Part shown: piece after piece, positions 19,796 to 31,871 of the stretch
How the letters are laid out: the number at the start of each line of letters is the position of its first letter
How positions within the stretch are numbered: the first letter of the stretch is position 1
IMG/VR virus record: IMGVR_UViG_3300044680_000280
Location: 186,001-250,000 of that record
Length of the DNA stretch: 64,000 nucleotides
Strand: one strand, 5' to 3'
Notes under the pieces: generated by a model
Databases searched by the model: none
What the model saw: the letters and a program-made list of their open reading frames with translations, nothing else
What the model was told of the DNA's origin: nothing
Translations under genes and position numbers: made by a program

Positions 19796-21697
19796 CTACA
19801 CCATATTCAGAAAGGCCTCTTCGGAAATTGTCTCCGTGCCGTGCTTCTTTGCCGCCTGAGCCTTTAGGGAGGCGGAGCTCGGATCCGCCAGGACGAGGTA
19901 CGTGAGACCCTTACCGACTCGGTCTTTGACAGTCCCGCCAGCCGCCGTAACCTTCCCCTCCAACACGGCGCGCTTGTTCTTCGTTTTACCGGTGAAGCAG
20001 AAACTCTTCCCGGTCAAGTTCCCAATGATTCTGTCCTTCACGGGGATGCCGCATGTATCCACCCAGGCCGCATACTTAGCAAACCAGTTCACTAAGGTGC
20101 GGGCTCGAACAGGTCCAATCCCCTTGATCGCCAGAAGCTGGTCGTACGTGACCTCTTTCAGCTTGCTGTAGGTGTCGAACCCCGCATCGACAACCAGGGT
20201 CAGGACCGACTTCCCGCACCCTGGAATGGCGAGGGATCCGAAAAACAGGTCAATAGGGACGGGCGACTTTGAATGGAGGTTGTCCAGGAGTTTCTTGGCG
20301 GACTTGTTCCCCATTCGATCGATTTCGGAGAGTTTCGCCTGGTCGAGCTTGTAGAGGTCGGCGACGGTCGACACCAACCCCGACTCAAGCAGACGGGCCA
20401 GGACCGCCTCACCCCACTCCAGAATGTTGAGCGAGCTAACGTACCGAACGAGCCTTCCAAGGGCCTGCGCAGGGCACTCAAACGTGTTGGGACACACGAC
20501 GAAGGGGCCATCCCACTCCGTCGTCGCACCGCACGAAGGGCACACGGACGGGGGTTCGGCAACGCTACCTCGTACCGTGAGGTTTTCGACCACACGAGGA
20601 ATCACGTCATTCGCCCGAGCCACGAGGATCTTACACCCAACGTCCAGTTTCAGGTCCTGAACGTACTTCCAGTTGTACAGGCTTGCACGACTGACCTTGG
20701 TGCCGAGCAGGTTCACCTCGTCGAAAATGACAACGGGGGTAATTTGGCCCGTCACCCCTGTCGCGCTTTCGATCGTGCGAACGACGCTCTGACGCGTAAT
20801 CGGAGCAAATTTGAAAGCTCGGGCACCTTTGGGGCGTCCGTTGGTGTCCCCCAAGGAGAGTTGGTGCGGAATACTGTTCAGCTCAACAACGAGTCCGTCG
20901 ATGGCGTAATCGAGGGACATACGTTTCCCCTGCTGGTATTCGAGCCACAGGTCATGGGGGGTCTTGATTCCAGGGGCCATCGCCGTGACGTACCAACCAG
21001 GAACGTTGAATCCCATTTCTTCAAGGAATTCGATGTGCTCACTTCTCTTCTCCGCCTCTAAGCCATCCACTTGATAGGCCAGGACTGTCAAGTGCTCACA
21101 GCCCTGACCATCGAGCCGACTGGAAACACCCCCCGCGGTGTTCCTGGGGTTCGAGTAAGTCGAAAAGTGCGCTTTCATGTCGCTCAAAAGGACGATGATC
21201 TCACCCCTGATCTCGCCTGTGAATTTCTTCGAAAGGCGACCTGGAACGCCCTTCATTTTACACACATTGACGGATATGTCATCCCCCTCGATGCCGTCTC
21301 CCCGCGTAACCCCCCGAACGAATGCACCGCTGTCGTATTGGATGGCGACCGAGATCCCATCCAGCTTCTCTGTAACGAGGAGCTCCTCGAAGGGCTGATT
21401 GCCGGTCGAAAGACCGTGCACCCAAGAGGTCAGCTCCGACGGAGTTTTCACCTTATCGAGAGACCCCATGGGAATTTCGTGGCGAACCTTGCTCCAACCG
21501 GAAGGGGCGTGATCTCCAATCACCGCCAAATCGGGGTTGTCCGCCTCAAGCTCCCGCAACTCGTCCTCCCACCCGTCGTACACCTCATCCGAAACGATGG
21601 GGTTATGATCGACGTAGTACGCACGACGAGCTTCCTTACGCTTAGCGACGAGCTCTTCAATACGCTGCGCCTTGGACTCCGGGGTAAGACTTTCCAT
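19796..21697 (-). CDS. ligA: NAD-dependent DNA ligase
   Basis: EKLDG, TRGDG, RGE, zinc finger, HhH, BRCT; ATG 21697 follows a GGTGTA motif. Confidence 0.95.
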   Translation of the reverse strand: MESLTPESKAQRIEELVAKRKEARRAYYVDHNPIVSDEVYDGWEDELRELEADNPDLAVIGDHAPSGWSKVRHEIPMGSLDKVKTPSELTSWVHGLSTGNQPFEELLVTEKLDGISVAIQYDSGAFVRGVTRGDGIEGDDISVNVCKMKGVPGRLSKKFTGEIRGEIIVLLSDMKAHFSTYSNPRNTAGGVSSRLDGQGCEHLTVLAYQVDGLEAEKRSEHIEFLEEMGFNVPGWYVTAMAPGIKTPHDLWLEYQQGKRMSLDYAIDGLVVELNSIPHQLSLGDTNGRPKGARAFKFAPITRQSVVRTIESATGVTGQITPVVIFDEVNLLGTKVSRASLYNWKYVQDLKLDVGCKILVARANDVIPRVVENLTVRGSVAEPPSVCPSCGATTEWDGPFVVCPNTFECPAQALGRLVRYVSSLNILEWGEAVLARLLESGLVSTVADLYKLDQAKLSEIDRMGNKSAKKLLDNLHSKSPVPIDLFFGSLAIPGCGKSVLTLVVDAGFDTYSKLKEVTYDQLLAIKGIGPVRARTLVNWFAKYAAWVDTCGIPVKDRIIGNLTGKSFCFTGKTKNKRAVLEGKVTAAGGTVKDRVGKGLTYLVLADPSSASLKAQAAKKHGTETISEEAFLNMV

Positions 21698-21851
21698 TCC
21701 TTGACTTATACACCAACCGCGTGCTAAAGTCACGGTAATCCGTTCTCGGCTCACGATCCAATGGCCGCACGGGGTTGTCTAGAGTTCCGGATCGGGTCAT
21801 AGACGGCGGGGGCTACGCCAAGACTTTTGGGTAGTCCCCCGTATCTTTGGT

Positions 21852-23795
21852 TCACCTGATAGGACAGGCCCCTGTCGCACAGGCATCGTCCACGGCCATC
21901 TCACCACCGAGGACTAGGGGATGTTCGTTATTGATGGCAACGGCCATTCTGTTGTACGTCAACTCGTCTATGACCTCGTAAGGCGCCTGTGGATATCCGT
22001 GAGACTTTGACAACACCGTCGTGCACTTGAGTTGGGGAACGTACTCCTTCAAGCACGCGGCGAGCTCTTCTCGCTCAGTTTCCGGATCAAACGAGAGTGT
22101 CGCGCTGACGGAGTTATCCGCCCAGTACTGTTGAACAAGACGCTGACGCTCAAATTGGTCACGAATGGTCTCTGTCTGTACCGTAATGCGAGTATGTTTC
22201 GCCTTAGTTGGGAAAGAGAATACCAAGGTGTTACCAGTGTTGTCGTAACAATCGAGTTCACTCGGGACTCCGGCCTCCATGAGAGCGGGTACCATCGGAT
22301 CATTTTTGGCCAAACGGGCGCGACGGATGTAATACTCCGCAAAGGGGGCATGGATACCGGGGGAACTCCCATTGAGGAGGCTAATTGTACCGCTCGGCTT
22401 AGTTGTTGTAACTGCAATGGGACGGGGCACTCCAAGTTCCACTGCATAACTGTCAGCCTCAGAACGGCAATATTTATACCAAGTGGTCAAATCATTGGGA
22501 CTCCAATCGAAGTCGCACACACCTCCGAGACCGACACCTAGTCGCATATTCTGTCGGTTAACGGCATCACTCTTGGCATCCGTCAGGGGTGTGAGCTTCT
22601 GACGAAGCGTGTAACGTGTTACCAAACGAAAAATTGTCTCCGCACTGGCACTCGAAAACTTTGCTGGAAAGGCTTCAGCAAGATTGCACGCTTCCCGGTC
22701 ATAAAGGGGAATTTCGCCACAGGGATTAACGCCTTTAGCTCCGGGGTCGGTCTTTTGAACGAGTGGTAGATTGAAAACTCCGGGCTCACCGAAGTTGATA
22801 TTGTCGTCGATAAGTCGATGCCAGTCGAACCTCTCAATTTGTTTCCATGTGCGAAACACTATGCTGTTGTTACTGGTATGGCGATGACTGAGAACCTTAT
22901 CAAGGTCTTTCTTAGCATCACGAAATGGCTGATCCTCGGCGTCGCCGAGGACGATGAGAGCGGAGCGGCGAACATTACCACTCTTAACGCAAAAGCCAAT
23001 CATGTTCGTAACGTCTAAGCATTCGACACTGGATAGACGACGTCCTCGAGCGGCACGGACAATACCCCAAGACGAGCGAAGCAGGTGGCTCAAAGGACCA
23101 GGACCGCAAGCAATCCCACCAAATGTCTTGATGGGTAAACCACGTCGACGAACGTTCGAAACGTCCACGATGAGATCTTTCCCCTCAAAAGCGGCTGTGA
23201 GTACACGACGCTCGGCCTCAACCCAACCTTCGCGAGAATCAGGCACAACGTATACAGGGGTCGAACCATTCAGAAAGCTCTTGTCGTTGGGTTTGACCTC
23301 GTTCAGATCCGCATGATCACTACCACACCAAATGGCAAAACGAGCGTTGTTGTCAACGACAACTGGAAGCGTGTGAATGTCGCTAAGACCTATGCCAACA
23401 CCCCCACCTAGCATGAGCTGATTCATCATCCAACACCATTCGTCTACGCCGTACAGTGTAGAAAACCAGCAATTATACCTAGCGTCCGCGGGAATCCCCT
23501 CAACACCGCCGACCCAAAGGCCGCGACCAGGCGGAAGCGCCTGACCCGTCCAGAATAAGTGAAAGAGGAGCTGCATTTCCTGCTCGCTCACAGGAACATG
23601 AGAGAGGCTGCAATTGCCCTCTACGACACGGCGGATCGTGTCGGTCCAAGATTCGTTACCACGGCAGTACTTCGTGTTGTACGTGGAGCGGGCAAGAAGA
23701 GACGTGAACGGATCCCCTTGCTTTCGATATTGAGCAAGAAACGACTCGCGAAGTCGAAAGCTATTACGTGCCTGAGCAATTTCAACGATCTCCAT
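21852..23795 (-). CDS. nrdJ: class II (B12-dependent) ribonucleoside-triphosphate reductase
   Basis: PPGRGLW, YNC, NPCGEI, ACNL, KPSGTIS, C-terminal CATGACPIR. Confidence 0.9.
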   Translation of the reverse strand: MEIVEIAQARNSFRLRESFLAQYRKQGDPFTSLLARSTYNTKYCRGNESWTDTIRRVVEGNCSLSHVPVSEQEMQLLFHLFWTGQALPPGRGLWVGGVEGIPADARYNCWFSTLYGVDEWCWMMNQLMLGGGVGIGLSDIHTLPVVVDNNARFAIWCGSDHADLNEVKPNDKSFLNGSTPVYVVPDSREGWVEAERRVLTAAFEGKDLIVDVSNVRRRGLPIKTFGGIACGPGPLSHLLRSSWGIVRAARGRRLSSVECLDVTNMIGFCVKSGNVRRSALIVLGDAEDQPFRDAKKDLDKVLSHRHTSNNSIVFRTWKQIERFDWHRLIDDNINFGEPGVFNLPLVQKTDPGAKGVNPCGEIPLYDREACNLAEAFPAKFSSASAETIFRLVTRYTLRQKLTPLTDAKSDAVNRQNMRLGVGLGGVCDFDWSPNDLTTWYKYCRSEADSYAVELGVPRPIAVTTTKPSGTISLLNGSSPGIHAPFAEYYIRRARLAKNDPMVPALMEAGVPSELDCYDNTGNTLVFSFPTKAKHTRITVQTETIRDQFERQRLVQQYWADNSVSATLSFDPETEREELAACLKEYVPQLKCTTVLSKSHGYPQAPYEVIDELTYNRMAVAINNEHPLVLGGEMAVDDACATGACPIR

Positions 23796-23811
23796 GTTCC
23801 CGCACTCCTCG

Positions 23812-24801
23812 TCACGCAGTTATTGAAAGTACGGCCAACTCGACAAGTGTCCGCTTGGAGCGAGCCGCGCTCTTCACATCAGAATCCAATTTACATAGAC
23901 GGGACATAACGCCTGTCAAAGACTTCACACTGTGCTTCTCGACCCTAGGAAGGAAAATCTCTTTACACTTCCAAGGGTGCATTTCGAGGAGAGAAGAGAT
24001 GTCGTCGGGCGATACGCCATCATCAAGTAGACCCCTCGCGACGATCACGCTTTGGAGCTCTTTAATGAGGGCGGCACAGATCCGTACGGACGCGCTCTCC
24101 GGTTCACTCTCGTAGAGATGAGAAAGGAGGCGCATTGCCTCCTTTTTGTTCTTCGAGAATGCCGCCTCTGCAACCGACCACGGATCGGCGACCGTATTGA
24201 GAGCGACCACTTTCCCAATGAGCTGCTTCGTGATCTTCTGACTCTTCGTAACCGTTGAGAGCACAGCAAGTTTTCGGAACTCGTTGTTGATGTTGTAAAG
24301 GTCCCCGCCCGTCGCCCTATAAAAGGCAATGTCTGCATCCGCATCGAAACTGAGGCCAAACTTGATAGCCCTCTCACGAATGTACTTCAAAACCTCATTG
24401 CTCTTACCCTCTCCAAAGTTCTTGAGCTTAGGGTAGTGCAGGGGCTTGGACTTCCTTGATATGAAGTCCCACAACTCATCGAGCTTCGAGGAACGAACCA
24501 CGGCAACGAGAACAGCGGATGTATCAGTAGCGGAGCGACCTTCAATGAAAGTTCGTAAAGCCTTGCCTTTTGACTCCTTAACGTCCTGGGCATTGTCCAC
24601 AATGACCGTAACGGGAAGGTCGTCGCAGTTCGGGCCACGCAAAAGATGGAGTACGTCCGAGTCAGACTTTCCCTCGCCGTTGAGGTAGCGAGTGTCCCGG
24701 TTCCTCCACGACTGAGCCATCTGTATGACGGAATCGAGCTGGTAGTCCTCCAGACCGTAAGCAACACACACAGAAGTCTTGGGAGCGGACGCCTTATCCA
24801 T
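23812..24801 (-). CDS. holA: DNA polymerase III delta subunit
   Basis: AYGLEDY, GGDLYNINNEFRKL, C-terminal LCKLDSDVK pattern. Confidence 0.75.
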   Translation of the reverse strand: MDKASAPKTSVCVAYGLEDYQLDSVIQMAQSWRNRDTRYLNGEGKSDSDVLHLLRGPNCDDLPVTVIVDNAQDVKESKGKALRTFIEGRSATDTSAVLVAVVRSSKLDELWDFISRKSKPLHYPKLKNFGEGKSNEVLKYIRERAIKFGLSFDADADIAFYRATGGDLYNINNEFRKLAVLSTVTKSQKITKQLIGKVVALNTVADPWSVAEAAFSKNKKEAMRLLSHLYESEPESASVRICAALIKELQSVIVARGLLDDGVSPDDISSLLEMHPWKCKEIFLPRVEKHSVKSLTGVMSRLCKLDSDVKSAARSKRTLVELAVLSITA

Positions 24802-24804
24802 AGG

Positions 24805-25770
24805 TCAAACCCAAAAAGTTTCGACAAACAAGGTCTGAACGTGGAATTGAACGTTGATGCTAGTCGACAGACGGGACCTCAAGGAGTGCGTACCCTGTGC
24901 GAGTTTTTGCCAAGTACTCTTACCTGCTTTTCCCGCAATCTTCTTGAGCCCCTCTGTAAGGTCACAATGAATCAGTCGGTCAGGTACTTGATTAGCCATG
25001 AGTATATCGTGGGTGAGTTGCTCGAGTATTCGTAAGACGAGGGGCAGGTCTGCTTTGACGGTTTCGAGAATGGAAAAAATGGACGGCAAATCCTTGCGAA
25101 GTCCGGACTCGATCATCGAGTACACCTTATCGCGGTGGGAGAGCTTTCCCCCAATCGCGTAGGCCAGGGATCGACCTACCGAACCTTCTCCCATGCGTGT
25201 GTAGACAAGTGCTTTAGTCGGGTCTGATTGTTCTCTTGAAACCCTTGTAAGAACGAAGCTCTCAGGAAGCGGCCGGAAGTGCACGATACCGCATCGGGAC
25301 TGTATTGTCGGAAGAACTGACGCCAAATGCTCAGCGAGCAAAATGAACCTCACATGCGAGGGGGGCTCCTCTAGGGTTTTTAGAATCGCGTTCGCCGCCG
25401 TCGCATTCATCCGATCTGCCCCGTCCACAAGTAGTAGACGGAAGGGGGCGATAGATGGAAATGTCGGGCTCTGTTGAAGAATGGACCGTATGGGCTCAAC
25501 CCTAATTTCGGAACCCTCTTTTTTGTCGTGAAAATCCGGCACAGTAGAAACATCAGGGTGGTTCCACTGGTCGATCTGGTCGCAGTCGTAGCAGGTACAA
25601 CCGTCCGCCCGTGTCTCGGTGCAAAATGATTCTTTGAGGAACTGGCGAACGGCAAACTTGCGACCAACACCCTCATCCCCAACGATCAAAATGGGAGAGG
25701 TATACTTTCCTTCCACCACTCGACGCAGGATTCTTACCCCCTCAGGTTGTCCCACAACGTCCGACAGCAC
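24805..25770 (-). CDS. holB: DNA polymerase III delta-prime subunit
   Basis: GDEGVGR, CTCYDC, HPD, ANAILKTLEEPP, LPTIQSRC. Confidence 0.88.
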   Translation of the reverse strand: MLSDVVGQPEGVRILRRVVEGKYTSPILIVGDEGVGRKFAVRQFLKESFCTETRADGCTCYDCDQIDQWNHPDVSTVPDFHDKKEGSEIRVEPIRSILQQSPTFPSIAPFRLLLVDGADRMNATAANAILKTLEEPPSHVRFILLAEHLASVLPTIQSRCGIVHFRPLPESFVLTRVSREQSDPTKALVYTRMGEGSVGRSLAYAIGGKLSHRDKVYSMIESGLRKDLPSIFSILETVKADLPLVLRILEQLTHDILMANQVPDRLIHCDLTEGLKKIAGKAGKSTWQKLAQGTHSLRSRLSTSINVQFHVQTLFVETFWV

Positions 25771-25981
25771 TGGCTTCTCCCTCAGCCAAAAGGTGCGGTC
25801 TCAGAGGGGGCACTTCGACGAGCTGCATTACGAGCAAGTAATTCGTATTGCATCGCTCACAAATATGCCGGTGGGGCTCTGTACCACTTGGCTGAAGGCG
25901 TCCTCTACACCGAGAACAGGCCATCAAACTTGTCGGGTTATCGTCAAGCACCGGTGGGTCAGATATCAATGTGTCCGCCAA
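25742..25981 (-). CDS. small zinc-ribbon protein
   Basis: CSRC...CERC. Confidence 0.6.
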   Translation of the reverse strand: MADTLISDPPVLDDNPTSLMACSRCRGRLQPSGTEPHRHICERCNTNYLLVMQLVEVPPLRPHLLAEGEASAVGRCGTT

Positions 25982-26171
25982 CGTTTATACCCCACGTATG
26001 CTTGCACTTGGTACAGCGGTAAAGTCTCTGACTGCCACTCCCAATGACTTGAGGATTTGCGGTGATAGAGTCGCATCCTTGTCGATGGCACTTTATGTCC
26101 ACAACCTCTTCGGGGGGTCTGGTGGGCACGGGCTGGGGGCTTGTTCCGGTCGGGTCTGTAGGCATGTTCAT
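25959..26171 (-). CDS. small zinc-ribbon protein
   Basis: CHRQGC...CTKC; strong RBS. Confidence 0.65.
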   Translation of the reverse strand: MNMPTDPTGTSPQPVPTRPPEEVVDIKCHRQGCDSITANPQVIGSGSQRLYRCTKCKHTWGINVGGHIDI

Positions 26172-26174
26172 CTC

Positions 26175-26555
26175 CTAATAGCTGTATCTGGGGAATTTCG
26201 TAGGAAACAGGTTGAGCAGAAGCCCCAAAATCCTATTGTAGAGATCGGGGTCTTGAAGATCAATGGTAGACACGTCTAGGGGAGGATCTCCATTGGGTAC
26301 TGCAAAAGCAACGGTCAGTGGATTGAGGGTTCCGTCCACAAAGTAGGGGGCAAGCTTGAGCCAGTCCTCCCCACGAATGTGAACCTGAATCCCTACCCCA
26401 TAAAGGCGGACCATGGGGATGTTGTTCACCTCAACCGTACTGGCAATAGCCTTACCACGGAGAACGGCTGTCAGAGCCTTTGCAACGTAAGGGGCATCGT
26501 CGGCGGTCAGATTCGCCACCTGTTGTCCATTGAGCAAGTCGAGTCTCTGATCCAC
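26175..26555 (-). CDS. hypothetical protein
   Basis: 126 aa ORF. Confidence 0.6.
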   Translation of the reverse strand: MDQRLDLLNGQQVANLTADDAPYVAKALTAVLRGKAIASTVEVNNIPMVRLYGVGIQVHIRGEDWLKLAPYFVDGTLNPLTVAFAVPNGDPPLDVSTIDLQDPDLYNRILGLLLNLFPTKFPRYSY

Positions 26556-26578
26556 GTCAAAGAAAACTCACAAAAGGA

Positions 26579-26609
26579 AAGGGGCGTCACCCATTGGTGG
26601 CGCCCCTTT
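26579..26609 (-). terminator. intrinsic terminator after groEL
   Basis: AAAGGGGCGCCACC/GGTGACGCCCCTTT hairpin followed by T-run. Confidence 0.7.
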
Positions 26610-26629
26610 GATTGACGCGAGTGCAGACC

Positions 26630-28595
<1,966 letters not shown>

Positions 28596-28599
<4 letters not shown>

Positions 28600-28961
28600 C
28601 GAAGCTTGTGAAAAGCAGCAATTGCCTTGGGATCCAAATCTTCAGGGTCGGGGGCCGAAGGGCCTGTATCCCATTCCTGAGCGGACGCCATGGGAAATGG
28701 ATCCTCTCGACGGATCCAAACTGGATTCGAGACCTTCGCGTCCCTCACCAAAAGCCAGCCGTAAAGATCCAAGAGGAGTAACCTCACGTCCGAGTGCTCT
28801 TCCGACCACCTGACCCCGGACTCATCCATAACCTGGCAAAAAAGGGCTTTGGTCTCATCCGAACGCGAGTATGTCAACTGCCACCCCTTGGGAAGAGCAG
28901 CCAGAATTTGCTGGTGAACCTCCTCCGCACTCCAAAGGGACATTTCTTCAAATGTCGGCAT
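28596..28961 (-). CDS. hypothetical protein
   Basis: 121 aa, GGTGTA 10 nt upstream of ATG. Confidence 0.7.
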
Positions 28962-28970
28962 GAGCTACTT

Positions 28971-29801
28971 CTACACCACTTCGATGTGTTTGACCTTTAC
29001 GTCCGAGGGCTTGAACACGGCAACTTCCGGAACCCCATCAACCAAATCCGAACCATAATACACGACGCAGTCGTACCCCTTGGAACGGGCTCCCTTCGCC
29101 TGGGCCTTGCTGGACGTGACCAAAGTGTTGTGGACCAACACGGAAACGGTATAGACCTTCGGACGATAGGACTTTGAGTCCAATCCAACCTCATCCAGAT
29201 AGTTGTACAAGTAGTCGGGAGCCCCCGTGCTCGTACTAAACAAAGAGAGGCTGGCATCGTCCATACCCAGAGGGGTTATTTTGCTCCCTATGATGTAGCC
29301 AGCAATGTCGTTCAAGGTGTTCGGGTCGACCTTGAGCCAATTCTGGAATCCAACAGAGTCAAATGTACCCTGACCGGGAGGAGGATTGTCGTTGATGAAT
29401 CCAACCTCTTTGGGATAGTTGTTCCAAGCGTCTGTCCCCTCATCGACTAAACGCTGTAAGAACTCGCCGGCACGTGGATTCTTTTTCTTCATATCGGCAA
29501 GGATCATCTCCTTCTCAAAGCCGATGTTACGATTGGCCTCAGCATACTTCACCGCCACACGCTTCGACGGAGTCAGGAAGATACCGTCCCCGTAAAAACG
29601 GTCGACGAGCTCCTTCCGTGACTTGTCAATTTTGAATGTGTGGAAAAGGCGGGTGGTTCCGTGATACAGCGTGACGGAACGATGCTCGAGCAACCCCTGG
29701 AGATTGTACTCCGCCAGGTTGAGCGTTTTCCTCGCAAAACGATAGGCGATCCGCTCTTGAGCGGCGTACCGATGAGCTACTCGCTGGGCGATGGTCGTCA
29801 C
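28971..29801 (-). CDS. ADP-ribosyltransferase-fold protein
   Basis: LYHGT, GDGIFLT..KYA, GYDCV..EVAVF pattern of phage ART-like domains; probable GTG start. Confidence 0.6.
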   Translation of the reverse strand: MTTIAQRVAHRYAAQERIAYRFARKTLNLAEYNLQGLLEHRSVTLYHGTTRLFHTFKIDKSRKELVDRFYGDGIFLTPSKRVAVKYAEANRNIGFEKEMILADMKKKNPRAGEFLQRLVDEGTDAWNNYPKEVGFINDNPPPGQGTFDSVGFQNWLKVDPNTLNDIAGYIIGSKITPLGMDDASLSLFSTSTGAPDYLYNYLDEVGLDSKSYRPKVYTVSVLVHNTLVTSSKAQAKGARSKGYDCVVYYGSDLVDGVPEVAVFKPSDVKVKHIEVV

Positions 29802-29824
29802 CCCCAAGCAGGTTGAAAAGACCT

Positions 29825-30379
29825 TTAGCCGAGACGTGAGCCGTCTGGAACCCCTGGGCACGAAGCGAGGATGACTCGACCGTCCTCCGACTGGGCCGCG
29901 ACAAGCATCCCGTGGGATACTTGACCCATCATCTTACGAGGCGGTAGATTACAAACGGCGATGACCGACATGCCGACAATGTTTTCGACCGTGTAACTCT
30001 TGGCAATACCAGCCAAGATGGTGCGCGACCCCTCCGAGCCGAACGAAACCATGAGCTTTAGGAGCTTGTCACTCTTAGGTAACTCATACGCGCCCGTAAC
30101 CGTCCCCGTACGAAGCTCGACCCGCTGAAAAGTAGCAAAGTCGACGAACCCGTCTTTTAGGTCGGGCTGCTCGTTTTCTTCTTCCTTGTTCTCGTGCACT
30201 GCCCGAAGTCCGCCCGCGAAGCCGTTCACCTGGTCGCAGAACTCCTGTTTTTGCTCCGGAGTTGCACTTGCGAGGAACGCTCGAAAAGCGTCCGCAACGG
30301 GCGTCTTACTGCAAGTGGGAGCCTCCTCGGTGGAAGGAACGGCGCCTGCATTTTGATTGGTTGTGGAGCCCATGTTCAC
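29825..30379 (-). CDS. Trbp111/CsaA/MetRS-C-like tRNA-binding OB-fold protein
   Basis: FQRVELRTG, SDKLLKL, RTILAGI, NLPPRKMMGQVSHGM. Confidence 0.88.
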   Translation of the reverse strand: MNMGSTTNQNAGAVPSTEEAPTCSKTPVADAFRAFLASATPEQKQEFCDQVNGFAGGLRAVHENKEEENEQPDLKDGFVDFATFQRVELRTGTVTGAYELPKSDKLLKLMVSFGSEGSRTILAGIAKSYTVENIVGMSVIAVCNLPPRKMMGQVSHGMLVAAQSEDGRVILASCPGVPDGSRLG

Positions 30380-30990
30380 ACCTCTACGTTTTGAGTGAGC
30401 ATGTTCATGAACATGCGTCCTTGGATGATGGCGTCTTCAACAGCAACGTGGGTCAAATTGGTGCCGATGTCCTTGAGCCATACGGCCGGATACTTTTTTC
30501 GAGCGGCTCCCATGTAAGTCGTTCGAAGCTTGCCCATCCCATACGAGCGAATATCGATTCCGCCTCCGTATCCAAATGGGTCCTCTCCGAGGAGGGTCAT
30601 AAAGTAGTAGTGAGTAAATGCAAAATCGAATGCCACGGGGTACCCAACGAAAATCGGCTCAGTGTCCTCCCCTGGCAACATGTAGTCCACACCCACGTTC
30701 TCGACCCAGTTCCCAAAATCCCGCATGACCCTAAGAGGATCTTCCGGGTTCGTACGGGCTGCCGACCAAGCTTCAGGATTCCTGTCCCAAAAATCGAGCT
30801 TAGTCGCGGGGTCCATCGATGCCCCAGGAAGCTCGCAGAGATTTCTCGAGAATGTGTCGATCATGTTTCCGTTGCCGACACCATCGAGGAGAAAGGCGGC
30901 CGCCCCGAGACTGAGCATCGAGTTCCGACCAGGCAGGGGGCCATCGGTCTCCAAATCTACACTTACGTACACCTCTCGAATCCGGTTCAT
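30376..30990 (-). CDS. DEDDh 3'-5' exonuclease
   Basis: SVDLETDG, AFDF, THVAVEDA. Confidence 0.85.
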   Translation of the reverse strand: MNRIREVYVSVDLETDGPLPGRNSMLSLGAAAFLLDGVGNGNMIDTFSRNLCELPGASMDPATKLDFWDRNPEAWSAARTNPEDPLRVMRDFGNWVENVGVDYMLPGEDTEPIFVGYPVAFDFAFTHYYFMTLLGEDPFGYGGGIDIRSYGMGKLRTTYMGAARKKYPAVWLKDIGTNLTHVAVEDAIIQGRMFMNMLTQNVEV

Positions 30991-31340
30991 TGGGCCACGA
31001 AGGTACAGAAATTGGTGACAATGTTGCAAGTCGCCCCCTCGGCGTGGCACTTGCACGTCAAGTTCGCAGCCGCTTGATCGAGGTTTGGATCCCCGCACCA
31101 CCCGGGATTCGATGTCGCTGGCACGCAAAGATGCAGGTCGGGGTTCGCCCAACTGCAAACGTACGTCCCACAGGCGGTGCCGTTGTTCGCGCAGTCAACG
31201 TCGTTCGTGCACCCGAAGTAGTTGTGGTCAAAAAAGGAGGCGTCCGTCGGCCCGCCGGCATCGGGGAGCTCGGGAACGGAGCCAGCACATCCCACCAGAA
31301 GGGCACCGAACAAGGCGCAGAAGAGGGTCGTTACTTTCAT
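30987..31340 (-). CDS. Cys-rich lipoprotein
   Basis: Lipobox LVGC, many Cys. Confidence 0.7.
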   Translation of the reverse strand: MKVTTLFCALFGALLVGCAGSVPELPDAGGPTDASFFDHNYFGCTNDVDCANNGTACGTYVCSWANPDLHLCVPATSNPGWCGDPNLDQAAANLTCKCHAEGATCNIVTNFCTFVAQ

Positions 31341-31474
31341 GCCCTAGCACTACACCACCTAAAAGCGCGACAACCCGTGAAAAAATGCTTTTTTCACAAG
31401 CTGTGGAAAACGTTGGGAGAAAATGGCTCTTGACGAAAACCCCCATCTAGGAAAGAGTCGGACAAGGAGGTGTT

Positions 31475-31738
31475 ATGGCAACAAAGACCCGATACAGACT
31501 CATTCCACAGCGGAGCCGCCCTGGGCCCCTGACGGGGAAGGACATAGCGGCTCTTAGCAGAACAACGGACTACCTGGTCGTCGCGTTGACTTTGGCCAAA
31601 CAAGCAGCCGAGTTGATTCGGTGGGATGTACTCGTCCATGACCGAAACCTGAACATGACAACCCACATCGTGAACCCGCAGGGAAACGTTGAAACCCTTC
31701 ACACTGGCACGATTTACACGACCGCCTTAGCGAAGTAG
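31475..31738 (+). CDS. hypothetical protein
   Basis: AAGGAGG RBS; downstream hairpin 31743-31774. Confidence 0.7.
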   Translation: MATKTRYRLIPQRSRPGPLTGKDIAALSRTTDYLVVALTLAKQAAELIRWDVLVHDRNLNMTTHIVNPQGNVETLHTGTIYTTALAK

Positions 31739-31780
31739 TAAGGACGGGGACCCTGGTTGGGCAGGGTCCCCGTCGTCACG

Positions 31781-31869
31781 TAGAGGAAGCAGGTGTACTC
31801 GAAACACAGCGCCTTGCGGCGCCGCACTCCTTAGCAGGGAGGCCCGCAACCCTGTGCGGTTCTACTTCC
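31781..31869 (-). tRNA. tRNA-Ser(GCT), 8/4 fold
   Basis: 8-bp acceptor GGAAGTAG/CTGCTTCC, 4-bp T stem, long V arm. Confidence 0.85.
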
Positions 31870-31871
31870 AT

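Noticed and set aside
21852-23795. Inteins or introns in RNR, RecA, helicase or ligase
   Set aside because: Lengths are normal and no intein splice motifs or frame interruptions were seen
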